Below, one piece after another: positions 26,887 through 38,057 of a stretch of DNA of 64,000 bases. The notes beneath the pieces are model-generated. The model was not told where the DNA came from. It was given only the letters and a program-made list of their open reading frames with translations, and made no database searches. A program made the translations under genes and the position numbers. Within the stretch, counting starts at the first letter, position 1. Every line of letters starts with the position of its first letter. Source of the stretch: an uncultured Bacteroidota bacterium (GTDB lineage: Bacteria > Bacteroidota > Ignavibacteria > Kryptoniales > JAKASW01); assembly GCA_963768145.1 (NCBI GenBank), contig CAVYHK010000031.1, positions 8,187 to 72,186 on the forward strand, in the 5' to 3' direction.

Positions 26887-26904
26887 TCGGCCAAAGGATT
26901 GCAT
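26887..26904 (+). promoter_or_regulatory. Possible sigma54 (-24/-12) promoter of the pilin-like operon
   Basis: tcGGccaaaggattGCat (GG-N10-GC with TTGCA); imperfect at -24. Confidence 0.3.
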
Positions 26905-27020
26905 TCGTAAAAGGATATGGATATATTTTCGCAAATAGTAATTGCTTCGGCAAGAGATTCAGTGTGTTCACATTTTGGTCATGATTTAGTGACACTTCCC
27001 AGAACTCAAGAGGAGATGAG

Positions 27021-27536
27021 ATGGGTACAGGACAAATGCTAATATCGATAGGGGCCATCGTGCTCCTGGGGACGGTAATCCTAAACACAAATAGAGGGAT
27101 TACTAGCAGCAGCCAGGTTATGCTGGAGACGAATTTCGGTCTCGAGGCAGTTTCGCTTTGTGCTTCGACCATAGATGAAGCCGAGTACCTCCCCTTCGAT
27201 GAGAGCACCCGCAATAGCAGGGCGGACAGCGGCCTATCCCAACTAACCTTGCCAGCGAACCTTGGAGAGGAGAGCTCCGTGAATGATACACTGAATGACT
27301 TTGACGATTGGAACGGCCACATAGGCGTAGGATACCGTCTGGAGAAGGATTCACTAGCTACTGGCTGGTACATGCGGAAGACTCAAGTTCACTACGTCGA
27401 TTTCTACACCCTTAATATTGATAATACTAATAGACAATGGCTGAAAAGGCTGGATGTATGGGTCTGGAATACTGCGGATTCAGCTGGCTCAATCGTCCAT
27501 ATGTACTCCATCTATGGCTACTGGTATTTCAGGTGA
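27021..27536 (+). CDS. Type IV minor pilin / pseudopilin-like protein
   Basis: N-terminal MG plus hydrophobic helix; NDFDDWNG and KRLDVWV motifs typical of MSHA/PilV-like minor pilins. Confidence 0.6.
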   Translation: MGTGQMLISIGAIVLLGTVILNTNRGITSSSQVMLETNFGLEAVSLCASTIDEAEYLPFDESTRNSRADSGLSQLTLPANLGEESSVNDTLNDFDDWNGHIGVGYRLEKDSLATGWYMRKTQVHYVDFYTLNIDNTNRQWLKRLDVWVWNTADSAGSIVHMYSIYGYWYFR

Positions 27537-27545
27537 GGTGAAATC

Positions 27546-28181
27546 ATGGGTTCTACTGTACTAATCGACATCATAGGCTCCATGTTGATTGGAGGATTGC
27601 TCCTTCTCTCCGCTTTGCGGATGAATGAAACCGCTACAAAGAATACTTATCAGTCACAGGAGAATTTGACAGTTCAGCAGAATATGACAGCGATAATCCA
27701 GACAATCCAACAAGATTTCAGGAGAATCGGGTATTGTAAAAACCCGTCGCTCACATCTAATCCCGCATATTACATCCTTTATGGGACTGCGGACAGCATA
27801 GTATTTGCTGCTGACCTTTATGATTGTGGCACATTGAACACTGTAAAATGGTGGTTGGGGGCAAGTATTAAGACGCCAAATCCCGACACGATGTGGATGT
27901 TGTGCAGAAAAGTTGACAATGGAACTACGCTCGATGCAAATCTCGGGATAACGCAGTTCTCTATGGTGTACCTTGATGCGAGCAATGCTATAATACCACC
28001 CCCTTACGTCGCAGGAGTAACTCCGCGGATTCCTCAGTTGATTCAATTGACCATCAGAATAGAGCCAACAGCCGCGTATGCAGAGCCAACAGCCCTCTAT
28101 CGTGATACCGCCTATACACAGAACTTTGCTTACTGGCGGCAAACAAGATTGGTGTCTAGAAATATTACATTGAATAGATAG
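27546..28181 (+). CDS. PilW/PulJ-like minor pilin
   Basis: MGSTVLIDIIGSMLIGG helix, IQQDFRRIGY motif, C-terminal SRNI. Confidence 0.65.
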   Translation: MGSTVLIDIIGSMLIGGLLLLSALRMNETATKNTYQSQENLTVQQNMTAIIQTIQQDFRRIGYCKNPSLTSNPAYYILYGTADSIVFAADLYDCGTLNTVKWWLGASIKTPNPDTMWMLCRKVDNGTTLDANLGITQFSMVYLDASNAIIPPPYVAGVTPRIPQLIQLTIRIEPTAAYAEPTALYRDTAYTQNFAYWRQTRLVSRNITLNR

Positions 28182-28191
28182 GAGTTCAACA

Positions 28192-29673
28192 ATGGTCGGA
28201 AGAGCAGCTTTGATTGTCATAATGGGCTTCAGTCTGATATTTGGGATTGCAGGCCAGTATTGGAATAGGACCAATGATCGCGCGGTGGAAAACTTCTACA
28301 ATTATTATGATTCAACCGCCTCACACGAATTGGCGATCAGTGCAATAAACATATTAGCCGACACTATTTTCTGGGCCTCTGCTAATGGGACGTCACTGAA
28401 GAATCTCAATATTGGCTCAAGGAGTTTTGGCGGAAACGCTACGTACACCATGTACACTCGACCGGATACACTCAATGGTGATAGCGTCATTCGCGCTTAT
28501 GCCTACGGAGTCTACACGAGCGCCATGGGTAAGCCCATAAGGGACACCGTAGAAATAGTCTTGAGACCTGGAAGGTTTTGTTCATGGTCATTCTTCACTG
28601 GTGATGACAATGGCGTCTATTGGCAAACAGGTGACACCTGCTTTGGACCCTATCATACCAACACGAAGCTCTGTATTGACGGTGCTCCGGTGTTTAGCCA
28701 GAATGTCACCGTTGGTACCGGTTTGACCGCATATAACGGTGGCACCGCGAAAAGCGTAACTCCGAGCCAATTACCCGACTCAAAGGGGGATTCATTAAAA
28801 TGTGGTAGCTATGAATCCGGAGTCATAATTCCGTTGCCGAGTTCTCTGGCCAATTACAATAACATATCGGGGACCACCGTGTTCAACGACACAACCTCCA
28901 CACCTTCAGGCAAGAAGTACTCCTACGATGTCTATTTCTCGTTCACTGGCTCTGATGGAAATGTCGGGTATTACACTCAGGTTTCGTCGATAAGCGGCAC
29001 CACGGTTACGAGTGTTAAAAGGGTTCCAGCGACGGGGCTTACTACTGTACCAATAAGCTCATTTGGGAATGCCGGTGGGCAGGGAGAAGGAAGCGTAGTT
29101 GTTGTGCAGAATGGAGACATCCATGTATCTGGAACGATGGATGGGCGGGTCACATTTGTTGCGGAACAAACCATGACGGGGCAGCCCGCCCGCGTAAGTT
29201 CAAGCGCATTTGGTAATAGTACCAGCGGAAGCTTTGATTTCTTGGGTTCCAACGGAAACACCAATAATGGAAACATCATAATAAGTGGAAGCACGACCTA
29301 TAACGACAAGCCGATCGGTAATGATGCCAGTGAGGAGCTAGCTCTCGTTGCTGATAACAGCATCATGGTAGGGGAGGATGGGTATGATGGGCCGGCTGCG
29401 CTGTCGGCTAATTCGACCGTCAACGTGAATGCGGAGTTATTCTGCCGGTCGGGCAAGTTCTTTGGGAATAACTATGGCAAAACTAAAATGGGAACTCTGA
29501 ATATTCTCGGCTCCGTAGCCCAGAATGTGCGCGGGCCAGTTGGCACTGTTGGCTCACCTGGAACCGGATACACGAAGCACTACACGTACGACAACCGTTT
29601 TTCGGGAACGTTGACATCCCCTCCTTACTCTCCCTCGACCGGATGTTACAACATTGTCTCCTTCCGCGAGTGA
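28192..29673 (+). CDS. PilX-like large minor pilin (DUF4900-like C-terminus)
   Basis: MVGRAALIVIMG helix, GPYHTN, GTLNILGSVAQ...GYTKHYTYDNRF...PPY, terminal SFRE. Confidence 0.65.
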   Translation: MVGRAALIVIMGFSLIFGIAGQYWNRTNDRAVENFYNYYDSTASHELAISAINILADTIFWASANGTSLKNLNIGSRSFGGNATYTMYTRPDTLNGDSVIRAYAYGVYTSAMGKPIRDTVEIVLRPGRFCSWSFFTGDDNGVYWQTGDTCFGPYHTNTKLCIDGAPVFSQNVTVGTGLTAYNGGTAKSVTPSQLPDSKGDSLKCGSYESGVIIPLPSSLANYNNISGTTVFNDTTSTPSGKKYSYDVYFSFTGSDGNVGYYTQVSSISGTTVTSVKRVPATGLTTVPISSFGNAGGQGEGSVVVVQNGDIHVSGTMDGRVTFVAEQTMTGQPARVSSSAFGNSTSGSFDFLGSNGNTNNGNIIISGSTTYNDKPIGNDASEELALVADNSIMVGEDGYDGPAALSANSTVNVNAELFCRSGKFFGNNYGKTKMGTLNILGSVAQNVRGPVGTVGSPGTGYTKHYTYDNRFSGTLTSPPYSPSTGCYNIVSFRE

Positions 29674-30117
29674 AGCAATAACGAGGCGACTCTGCATTTT
29701 CATCGATGCGCCAGCGAAACGCAGCATCTGAGCGGGAATAGCAAAAACCCTGCGATTTGGCTCATCCGGTTTGTCGGCCCCGTTCAGTTTCATCTCCGGC
29801 CACCAAGTCATTAATAGCTATTTGTCCCCGAGTCCCTAAGTGGTTAAGGGTGCTATGTATACCTTGGCGGGCTGACCGCGAGCTTCTTTCAATTCTCCAT
29901 GGCTAATCTCTCCTAGCTTCTGTCATTTCTTCAGATTCCAATCTAAAATCAATCTCCAAACGGCGATGTGAGCTTTCAATTCATGGCGAGGTTTATTACA
30001 TTGCGTCGTGTTTCATTGAGCGCTCATTTCACTAAACAATAGCCCGAAGGACTCGTTCTCGCTCCCGGAGTGATCCCTTGGGGGAAGTGATGCCTTCGGC
30101 AGAAGGAGGAAAATTTC

Positions 30118-31122
30118 ATGAAGCATTTGAAGTACGTGCTGCCAGTTTTTGCCATGGCGATTCTTGCTGCTATCACAATCACATGCAGTGGTTGCTTTGG
30201 TGGCTACAACATGATGGGTCTCCATCTCTTCTCCATGAAGGTTGAAGTGCGCGGGCCGAATAATGCCGCTCTTGTTGGTGCAGTAGTCCACTGCAGCTGC
30301 GGTGAGACCGTCACAATCGACACGAACGGGGTCGCCACCCTCCACTTCTCGGACGTAGGTCCATATTACATTTCGGTTGTCTACCAGGACAAAGTCATCT
30401 CATCTTACAACGTCTCCATGCCTTCAGATGGCGATAAAACCCTGGCGGCTAACTACGTGCCTGCTCCCAGCCAGCCAGCAAACGCCGCTGCACCTCCGCC
30501 GTCAGAAGGGAATAACGCCGGGCTTGCCATGATGGCATCTCAACTTTATCCGATCCTTTTCCAGTATATGTTCAGCGCTTATGGCTACAGCATGGAATTA
30601 AGTCCGTACCAGGCAGGACAGTATACCGATTGGGTCATCTCAGGCAAGAGCGGGAATCCTTTCGAGACTCGAAAGTCCTTCCTGACCACGCAGCCGGACG
30701 GCAAAGAATGGTGGGGTATGACCTACATTTCCAACAAAGATACCATCATGATGGAAGTGATGTTCTCTGAGAAACATCAATCAATCAGACGGATGCGACA
30801 AAGATTTGGGAATGACAAACCCCAAGAAGTTCCGGTTACTGAGGGATGGTACACTGCGCCAATGCAGCTCACCCCGGAATCGGTCGAGGGTTCGGTTGTG
30901 AAAAAGGGAGTGAGTGTTACCGTTTCTGCTGGGACGTATTCTTGTGACCAGCTTGAGTTTGCCACCGCTGGAGGGAACATGACCTTGCGGATGTGGAGAA
31001 CGGCAAACGTTCCCGGCGGGGTTGTCAAATATGAAATGGTTGACAAAGATGGGGATAAGATCTATTCAGGCGAATTGAAAGCGACCGGAAACGGTGCGGT
31101 GACGCAATTGGGCTCATACTAG
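30118..31122 (+). CDS. Hypothetical exported protein/lipoprotein with N-terminal carboxypeptidase-regulatory-like Ig domain
   Basis: aaggagg RBS; signal peptide ending in CSGC; C-terminal VTVSAGTY...VPGGVVKY. Confidence 0.75.
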   Translation: MKHLKYVLPVFAMAILAAITITCSGCFGGYNMMGLHLFSMKVEVRGPNNAALVGAVVHCSCGETVTIDTNGVATLHFSDVGPYYISVVYQDKVISSYNVSMPSDGDKTLAANYVPAPSQPANAAAPPPSEGNNAGLAMMASQLYPILFQYMFSAYGYSMELSPYQAGQYTDWVISGKSGNPFETRKSFLTTQPDGKEWWGMTYISNKDTIMMEVMFSEKHQSIRRMRQRFGNDKPQEVPVTEGWYTAPMQLTPESVEGSVVKKGVSVTVSAGTYSCDQLEFATAGGNMTLRMWRTANVPGGVVKYEMVDKDGDKIYSGELKATGNGAVTQLGSY

Positions 31123-31201
31123 GGTGGTGCCTCCAGGGCTTCGTTTCTCATGACTGAATTGAGCCAGCCGTCTGAAAAGATTATGGAATGATATTCCTAG
31201 C

Positions 31202-31227
31202 TAACCCCGGCCTCAAAGCCGGGGTTA
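31202..31227. repeat. REP-like palindrome (could also act as terminator)
   Basis: taaccccggc-ctcaaa-gccggggtta. Confidence 0.6.
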
Positions 31228-31320
31228 ACTCTTAGGTCGGACTTCAGCCCGAGACTCTGATCATTGACGACTGAATTACTGTCGTCGAAATGCGGATATG
31301 AGTGCTGTTCAACTGTGGGT

Positions 31321-31349
31321 TTGATTCTCCATCGATGAGAGGCTAAATT
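31321..31349 (+). promoter_or_regulatory. sigma70-like promoter of the proline dehydrogenase-uvrB-comF operon
   Basis: TTGATT-N17-TAAATT. Confidence 0.55.
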
Positions 31350-31389
31350 TAGTGAAAAGGTGCGACTCACAACTGGGACCGGAGAATCA

Positions 31390-32286
31390 ATGAACCCCCT
31401 GAATGATCTAATCGTTTCCTCGCTTCAGCTTTTCCCTAAGGGTTTCGTCAAGCGTTTTGCGATGCGCTATATCGCGGGGGAAGATATTGGCGATGCTATA
31501 AGGGTGGTCCAGGAGACAAATTCCAAGAGCATGACGGCTACTATCGATGTACTCGGCGAAAATGTCAGTTCGAAAGATGATGCAATCGAATCTACGAAAG
31601 CCGCTAGTGAAGTACTCGAAGTAATCGCGAAAAATCGGCTTGACGCCAATCTGTCCATTAAGTTGACTCAATTTGGGTTGAACATAGACCCCGACTTTTG
31701 TCTCAATAATGTGAAAGAAGTCCTGGAGCTGGCGAAGGCCCATAATAACTTTGTCAGAATTGATATGGAAGATTCGACCACCACAACCGCGACTTTGAAG
31801 ATGTACGAAAGGCTCCGCGAATTGGGTTTTGACAATACGGGTGTTGTAATTCAGTCCTACATGCGCCGAAGCGAAGACGATGTCAAGCGTCTGGTTGAAA
31901 TGAACGCAAGCGTCAGACTTGTCAAAGGAATCTATGTGGAGCCCGAATCCATCGCCTTCAAAAGAAAAGATGAAATCAGAAGAAACTTCGTCAAGTTGAT
32001 GAACCTGCTCATCGACGGGAACTGCCGCGTTGCAATTGCAACTCACGATGACTACCTGACCCGTGCAGCGTATGACTCGATCGGAAGATCATCGGCGGAC
32101 AAACATGAATTTCAGATGCTTCTCGGAGTTCGACCTGATCTAAGAGACAAAATAGTTGCGGATGGACACAAGCTGCGGGTCTATGTCCCGTTCGGCAAAC
32201 ATTGGTATGCCTATTCCATAAGAAGATTCCAGGAGAATCCTCAGGTTGCGGGTTCTGTGATGAAAGCCATTCTAACAGGGAAATAG
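31390..32286 (+). CDS. Monofunctional proline dehydrogenase
   Basis: [43 protein letters not shown]...YSIRRFQE. Confidence 0.93.
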   Translation: MNPLNDLIVSSLQLFPKGFVKRFAMRYIAGEDIGDAIRVVQETNSKSMTATIDVLGENVSSKDDAIESTKAASEVLEVIAKNRLDANLSIKLTQFGLNIDPDFCLNNVKEVLELAKAHNNFVRIDMEDSTTTTATLKMYERLRELGFDNTGVVIQSYMRRSEDDVKRLVEMNASVRLVKGIYVEPESIAFKRKDEIRRNFVKLMNLLIDGNCRVAIATHDDYLTRAAYDSIGRSSADKHEFQMLLGVRPDLRDKIVADGHKLRVYVPFGKHWYAYSIRRFQENPQVAGSVMKAILTGK

Positions 32287-32299
32287 CAGCGCTGATTGG

Positions 32300-34318
32300 A
32301 TGAACAAAAGGTTTAGCCTTGTTTCCGAATACAAGCCATCCGGAGATCAGCCCGAAGCAATCCGCGAGCTCACTGAAGGATTAAGGAACAATCAGAAGTT
32401 TCAGACTCTGCTTGGGGTCACGGGGAGCGGCAAGACCTATACCATGGCACAGATCATCCAGAATATCAACAAGCCGACGTTGGTCATTTCACATAACAAG
32501 ACACTCGCTGCGCAGTTGTATGGCGAGTTCAAACAATTATTCCCAGAAAACATTGTTGAGTTCTTCATATCCTACTACGATTATTACCAGCCCGAGGCGT
32601 ACATCCCGCAGACAGACACGTACATTGAGAAGGACTCTTCAATTAATGATGAAATAGACCGTCTGCGGCTCCGGGCGACGAGCTCACTGCTAAGCGGGCG
32701 GGACGACGTCATTGTCGTGGCATCTGTCTCCTGCATTTACGGTATCGGTTCCCCGATGGATTACCAGCACGAAGTTGTTGTCCTGCGGAAAGGTGAGAAG
32801 ATGGGACGGCGGCATCTCCAGGAAATGCTCATAAAGAGCCTCTATGCAAGGAACGATGTTGAGTTCCTGCGGGGGAATTTTCGCGTGCGCGGGGATGTCA
32901 TTGAAATATTCCCTGCTTACGAAATTGAGGAAGCAGTGAGAGTCGAATTCTTCGGAGACGAGGTCGAGTCGATAAAAACCTTCGATCCATTGACAGGCGT
33001 TCCGATTGTCGGGATGGACGAGGTAATCATTTATCCCGCCAGGCATTTCGTAACCACTGAAGATAAACTCGAAGCAGCGATAATAGGGATTGAGAATGAG
33101 CTCGCCGGCAGGTTGACCGAGCTGCGTGCGCTGGGAAAATATCTGGAAGCTCAACGATTGGAACAGCGGACAAGATTTGACATCGAAATGATGCGCGAAG
33201 TCGGCTATTGCAGCGGGATAGAAAACTATTCGCGTCATATCACAGGAAGGGAGCCGGGCCAGCGTCCCTACGTGTTGCTGGACTATTTCCCGAAAGACTT
33301 TATGGTGTTCATAGACGAATCGCACCAGACCCTGCCCCAGCTCCGGGCAATGTACCACGGGGACCGCTCGCGTAAAACGACTCTCGTTGAGTATGGGTTT
33401 CGTCTCCCTTCTGCATTGGACAATAGGCCGTTGAAATTTGAAGAGTTCGAATCAGTGGTAAATCAGGTTATCTTCGTCAGCGCGACGCCGGACAAATACG
33501 AGCTTGAAAAGAGCGGCGGAGTGATAGTCGAACAGGTAATCAGACCCACCGGAATAGTGGACCCCCTTGTTGAAGTCAGACCTCTAAAGAATCAAATGGA
33601 CGATTTGATACATGAGATAAGAGGTCGCGTGAGTCGCAAAGAGCGAACGCTCGTAACGACGCTGACGAAAAGAATGTCGGAAGACTTGACTGAGTATCTC
33701 AGAAATTTGAATATCAGGGTAAAATACATTCATTCAGATATTGATTCATTGGAGCGTGTTTCAATTTTGAGGGACCTTCGACTCGGCGAGTTCGACGTTC
33801 TCGTCGGAGTGAACCTGCTGCGAGAGGGGCTCGATTTGCCGGAGGTCTCTCTCGTCGCGATATTGGATGCCGACAAAGAAGGATTTTTACGTTCGGAAAA
33901 ATCACTGATCCAAACTGCCGGAAGAGCCGCAAGGAACATAGGCAGCAAGGTGATTTTGTATGCCGACATTGTCACTCGAAGCATGAGGAAGATGATTGAC
34001 GAGACGGATCGGCGCCGGAAAATCCAGAGTGACTATAACGTGGAACATGACATCATACCGAAATCAATCTTCAAGACGGTCGAAGAGATCCGAGCATCAA
34101 CTGCGATCGCTGACGTTCGGGCAGAGAGCGAGGAGAGGACAAAGAGGCTTCAGCACGCCAGCGTCGGAGAAAAACCGGAAAAGTATCTGAGCGATCAGCA
34201 GAGAAAAGATTTGATAGATCGTCTCACCAAGGAAATGTATCAGTCTGCAAAAGAGCTCGACTTTGAGAGAGCAGCCGAGCTGCGCGACGAAATACACAGG
34301 CTTTCGGCTAAGAATTGA
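32300..34318 (+). CDS. uvrB: Excinuclease ABC subunit B
   Basis: [40 protein letters not shown]-terminal [14 protein letters not shown]. Confidence 0.99.
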   Translation: MNKRFSLVSEYKPSGDQPEAIRELTEGLRNNQKFQTLLGVTGSGKTYTMAQIIQNINKPTLVISHNKTLAAQLYGEFKQLFPENIVEFFISYYDYYQPEAYIPQTDTYIEKDSSINDEIDRLRLRATSSLLSGRDDVIVVASVSCIYGIGSPMDYQHEVVVLRKGEKMGRRHLQEMLIKSLYARNDVEFLRGNFRVRGDVIEIFPAYEIEEAVRVEFFGDEVESIKTFDPLTGVPIVGMDEVIIYPARHFVTTEDKLEAAIIGIENELAGRLTELRALGKYLEAQRLEQRTRFDIEMMREVGYCSGIENYSRHITGREPGQRPYVLLDYFPKDFMVFIDESHQTLPQLRAMYHGDRSRKTTLVEYGFRLPSALDNRPLKFEEFESVVNQVIFVSATPDKYELEKSGGVIVEQVIRPTGIVDPLVEVRPLKNQMDDLIHEIRGRVSRKERTLVTTLTKRMSEDLTEYLRNLNIRVKYIHSDIDSLERVSILRDLRLGEFDVLVGVNLLREGLDLPEVSLVAILDADKEGFLRSEKSLIQTAGRAARNIGSKVILYADIVTRSMRKMIDETDRRRKIQSDYNVEHDIIPKSIFKTVEEIRASTAIADVRAESEERTKRLQHASVGEKPEKYLSDQQRKDLIDRLTKEMYQSAKELDFERAAELRDEIHRLSAKN

Positions 34319-35028
34319 GACCTTTCCAGCCTCTGGCGAAGATTACGGATGCGTTTGTAAATTTTATTTATCCTCCGCTATGTTCGACGTGCTGGAGAAA
34401 CCTCGCGCGCAATGAATTCTATGTCTGTCACAATTGCTGGGAAGGTTTCGAGCGGGTTGTGCCGACCGAAAGTGTAATTCAGGCCATCGAGGAAAAATTC
34501 CTTGCCGACAGATGGATCGATAAAATCGACTCGGTTTTTCTTTTCGAACAGGATCCTCGTGTCAGAGCTGCCATCCACCTTCTGAAATATTCTGGCGCGG
34601 AACGAATCGCAGAACAGCTTGGCGCCTTCATTGCACAGAAGGTTGTGACCGACGAGAAACTTTCCATTAGCGACATGATAGTTCCAGTGCCATTGCATCC
34701 GGCGAGAAAACGCGAGCGGGGCTACAATCAGAGTGAATTGATTGCAGATAGTGTCAGCAAGCAACTGGGAATCAAGAGTGAAATCCATCTTTTGGAAAGA
34801 ACGAGACAGACTCAGTCGCAGACGCTGTTCGATCTTGAGGGAAGGACGAAAAACATTGCCGGTGCGTTTTCAATAAGAAAAAAATTCAAAGATGCCGCAG
34901 AAGGCAAGAACGTCCTCCTGATAGACGACGTAATCACAACCGGATCAACGATCAGAGAATGTGCGATAGCGCTGAAGGAAAATGGAGCAGCAGAGGTATA
35001 TGCGGCTTCGGCGGCAATCACGATATAA
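34315..35028 (+). CDS. comF: ComF family amidophosphoribosyltransferase-like protein
   Basis: N-terminal CxxC...Cxx[24 protein letters not shown]. Confidence 0.92.
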   Translation: MRPFQPLAKITDAFVNFIYPPLCSTCWRNLARNEFYVCHNCWEGFERVVPTESVIQAIEEKFLADRWIDKIDSVFLFEQDPRVRAAIHLLKYSGAERIAEQLGAFIAQKVVTDEKLSISDMIVPVPLHPARKRERGYNQSELIADSVSKQLGIKSEIHLLERTRQTQSQTLFDLEGRTKNIAGAFSIRKKFKDAAEGKNVLLIDDVITTGSTIRECAIALKENGAAEVYAASAAITI

Positions 35029-35091
35029 AGATCTCGAATTACTAGTGGTGTCCTGATTTCGATTCTCTTTGAAAATTGTAAAAACATTTCT

Positions 35092-35179
35092 AACCGCAAA
35101 GGTCGCAAAGATTCGCCAAGTACCTTTATCGATTTCCTTTCAACTATAATCTTTGCGCATCTCCGCGCGCTTGGCGGTT
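35092..35179. repeat. REP-like inverted repeat pair
   Basis: aaccgcaaaggtcgcaaag ... ctttgcgcatctccgcgcgcttggcggtt. Confidence 0.5.
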
Positions 35180-35231
35180 TGGTGGGCTTTCTTTTAGAAC
35201 CGAATTCAAACTAGGACACTACCGAATTACT

Positions 35232-35260
35232 TTGGATTTTCGCGCATTTTCCTTTAAACT
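35232..35260 (+). promoter_or_regulatory. sigma70-like promoter, probably leaderless transcript
   Basis: TTGGAT-N17-TAAACT ending 5 nt before ATG 35266, with no RBS. Confidence 0.5.
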
Positions 35261-35265
35261 TTAAC

Positions 35266-36234
35266 ATGGAACGAGTTCTATACTTGGTGGCAATCGCACT
35301 AATGATTTCTTCTTGTTCAAAAAAAGCTCAGCAGGAGCAAACTCAGGAAGCCCAGCGTGTGGCCCAGATTCCTTCGGTGCCAATACCGCAGTTTGATGGT
35401 GCCTCGGCATATTCCTACCTGGTAAAGCAATGCGATTTCGGTCCGAGGAATCCGAACAGCGTCGGACACGAAAAATGTCTTGCATACTTTCAACAACAAT
35501 TCAGTCTTTACGCCGATTCGGTCGGACTACAGAGTTTCACTGTTCCCGGGTATGATGGAACAGTCCTGCACCTGACGAACTTGATTGCAAGTTTCAACTT
35601 GCGAGCGAAGGTGCGCGTTTTGATTTCGGCGCACTGGGATACACGACCGCGCAACGATCAGGAGCGCAATGGTCCGCAGGATCGGCCAATCCTCGGTGCG
35701 AATGATGGTGCAAGCGGGGTCGCAGTTTTGCTTGAAATGGCACGCTGCTTCAAGCAGAATCCTCCTCCTGAAGGCGTTGATCTAGTACTCTGGGACGGCG
35801 AAGATTATGGCAAAGAGGGCAGTCTCGATTATTATTTTCTTGGCTCGAAATACTGGGCGGCAACGAAACCATTTTCGTATTATCCGATTTTTGCCGTCAA
35901 CCTCGATATGGTCGGTGACAAAGAACTGACTCTTCCGAAAGAGCGTAACTCCGTTCAATTAGCACCGGACATCGTCGACCTTATCTGGAACACCGCTGCA
36001 GAAATGGGCGTCTCGCAGTTCGAGGATAAAGTTGGAGATGCAATTTCCGATGATCATCTTTCCCTCGACAATATAGGGGCAAAATGTATTGACATAATTG
36101 ATTTTGCATATCCGGACCAGACGAACCGGTACTGGCACACAATGGATGACACGCCGGACAAGTGCAGCGGAGAGAGTCTCGCTGCTGTCGGCAAGGTCCT
36201 TATCCAGGTTTTATACAGAAAAATACCTCTTTGA
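35266..36234 (+). CDS. M28 family peptidase / glutaminyl-cyclase-like lipoprotein
   Basis: Lipobox ISSC; AHWDTR, GANDGASGVAVLLE, DGEDYG, NLDMVG, DDH, YWHT. Confidence 0.92.
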   Translation: MERVLYLVAIALMISSCSKKAQQEQTQEAQRVAQIPSVPIPQFDGASAYSYLVKQCDFGPRNPNSVGHEKCLAYFQQQFSLYADSVGLQSFTVPGYDGTVLHLTNLIASFNLRAKVRVLISAHWDTRPRNDQERNGPQDRPILGANDGASGVAVLLEMARCFKQNPPPEGVDLVLWDGEDYGKEGSLDYYFLGSKYWAATKPFSYYPIFAVNLDMVGDKELTLPKERNSVQLAPDIVDLIWNTAAEMGVSQFEDKVGDAISDDHLSLDNIGAKCIDIIDFAYPDQTNRYWHTMDDTPDKCSGESLAAVGKVLIQVLYRKIPL

Positions 36235-36239
36235 AGTCA

Positions 36240-37098
36240 ATGGCAGAGAAATATATTCAATTGAAGATTTCTACTGACCAGCAGGTGAATGACCTCGTTG
36301 TCGGTTTTCTCAGTGATGTTGGAGCAGAGGGGTTTGTGGAAGAGTCGAATGAACTTTCCTGCTACTTCGCAGATCGCAAATGGAATCCCTCGTTCCGGAC
36401 CGACGTTGGCGAGTTTCTTGGCAACTTAAAAAAGCAGGGGAAGATAAGTAGTTTCGCAATAGAAGTCTCAGAGGATCCGCAATCAGGATTGGAACCGGCA
36501 GTGGGAAGATACGGTGGTGCCTGTCGAAGTAACGCAGAACGTTGCGATAAAGCCAAGCTGGAAAGAATACAATGGAGATGCAAGAATCGTAATCGAGATC
36601 GATCCAAAGATGTCGTTCGGTACTGGTCATCATGAGACGACACGGATGATGATCCAATTGCTGGAAAAGTTCGTCAAAGGCGGCGAGAGAGTTTTGGACA
36701 TCGGCACAGGCACCGGTGTTCTTGCGATCGCTGCTGTAAAGCTGGGCGCAATGAGCTGCGTGGCGATCGACAACGACGATTGGTCGATAGATAACGCTCG
36801 CGAGAATATTAGCAAGAACGGTGTGAACGACAGGATTCAACTCATAAAGGGTGATTTGGCCGCCGTCCCGGATTCAGAGTATGATGTCGTGGTTGCAAAT
36901 CTAAATCGAAATACGCTTCTATATATCGGGAATGAAATTTCCGGTCGGTGTACAAAGGGAGGAATTTTGCTCGTCACTGGAGTTCTTACGCTCGACGAAG
37001 AAGACGTAACCAAGTGCTATAAGGAAAAGGGGTTTGTTTCGGTCGAGGCGATTCGAGAAGCTGAATGGTCAGCCTTGGTTTTTCGGAAGTCTCCCTAG
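36240..37098 (+). pseudogene. prmA: Ribosomal protein L11 methyltransferase, split by a +1 frameshift (likely assembly error)
   Basis: Removing one G at about 36473 joins MAEKYIQ...EVSE to IRNQDWNRQW...DPKMSFGTGHHETT...LDIGTGTG. Confidence 0.85.
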
Positions 37099-37109
37099 CG
37101 AGATAAGAA

Positions 37110-38057
37110 GTGAGGTATGCGTCGATAGACATCGGAACGAATACGATTCTGATGTTGATAGGGGAAGTGATCGAATATGGTGGGCGAGGGAAGAGCGAGC
37201 TGAGGATTGAACCTCTCAGGGATTTCTACGAAGTACCGCGAGTCGGCAAGAATGTCTCCGTCACAAAAAAACTTGATCCGGCTTCAATCGAGCGTGGGCT
37301 GGAAGTCTTGAGAGATTATAAAGCCATTGCGAGCGATTACAAAGTCGACAAGATTATCGCTCTGGCCACGAGTGCAGTTAGGGACGCAGTCAACAGAGAA
37401 GACTTCACTGGACGGGTGAAGAACGATCTGGGAATAGAAGTCGAAGTGATAAGCGGAGAGATGGAAGCGGATATAGGCTTCATGGGCGCAATAAGTGGGT
37501 CTCCATACCGGAATCAACCGACCCTTGTGATTGACATCGGCGGCGGGAGTACCGAGTTAAGTTACGGAACGGGCATGCGTCCTGCCATCGCCAGAAGCCT
37601 GGACATCGGTGCAGTCAGAATTACGGAAAGATTTCTTCATCATGATCCGCCCAATCCAGCCGAGTTGGCTGAAGCCGGCGAATCGATAAGGGTCCATTTG
37701 AGTTCGTTTCCGTTTGTGAAAATAGAGCCGCGGGTTATTTTTGCAGTGGCAGGAACAGCAACGACTCTCGCGCTGATAGCGCAGAAAAGATATGACTTTG
37801 ACGTGTCGGCAGTCACGAACTATGTCATTTCCGTTGAAAAGCTCGTTGAAATTTTTGAAGCAATCAAGAAAAAATCGACAGCTGAAATCCTTAGTCTTAC
37901 CGAAGCTGCCAGGGGCAGGGCAGATGTCCTCGTTGCCGGCGCATTGATTCTTCGGAAAATTCTTGAAGCGGCGAATGCCTCGGAATTTCTGACGACGGAT
38001 CGCGGAATTCGGTATGGGTACCTTCTCTATAAGCACAAGCAGTTTTTTGAGAAATGA
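37110..38057 (+). CDS. ppx: Ppx/GppA exopolyphosphatase
   Basis: IDIGTNT, ATSAVRDA, DIGGGSTE, GIRYG. Confidence 0.93.
   Translation: MRYASIDIGTNTILMLIGEVIEYGGRGKSELRIEPLRDFYEVPRVGKNVSVTKKLDPASIERGLEVLRDYKAIASDYKVDKIIALATSAVRDAVNREDFTGRVKNDLGIEVEVISGEMEADIGFMGAISGSPYRNQPTLVIDIGGGSTELSYGTGMRPAIARSLDIGAVRITERFLHHDPPNPAELAEAGESIRVHLSSFPFVKIEPRVIFAVAGTATTLALIAQKRYDFDVSAVTNYVISVEKLVEIFEAIKKKSTAEILSLTEAARGRADVLVAGALILRKILEAANASEFLTTDRGIRYGYLLYKHKQFFEK

Noticed and set aside
29825-29880. tRNA-like segment (gagtccctaagtggttaaggg)
   Set aside because: Resembles a D-arm only; no anticodon arm, T-loop (GTTCRA) or acceptor stem.
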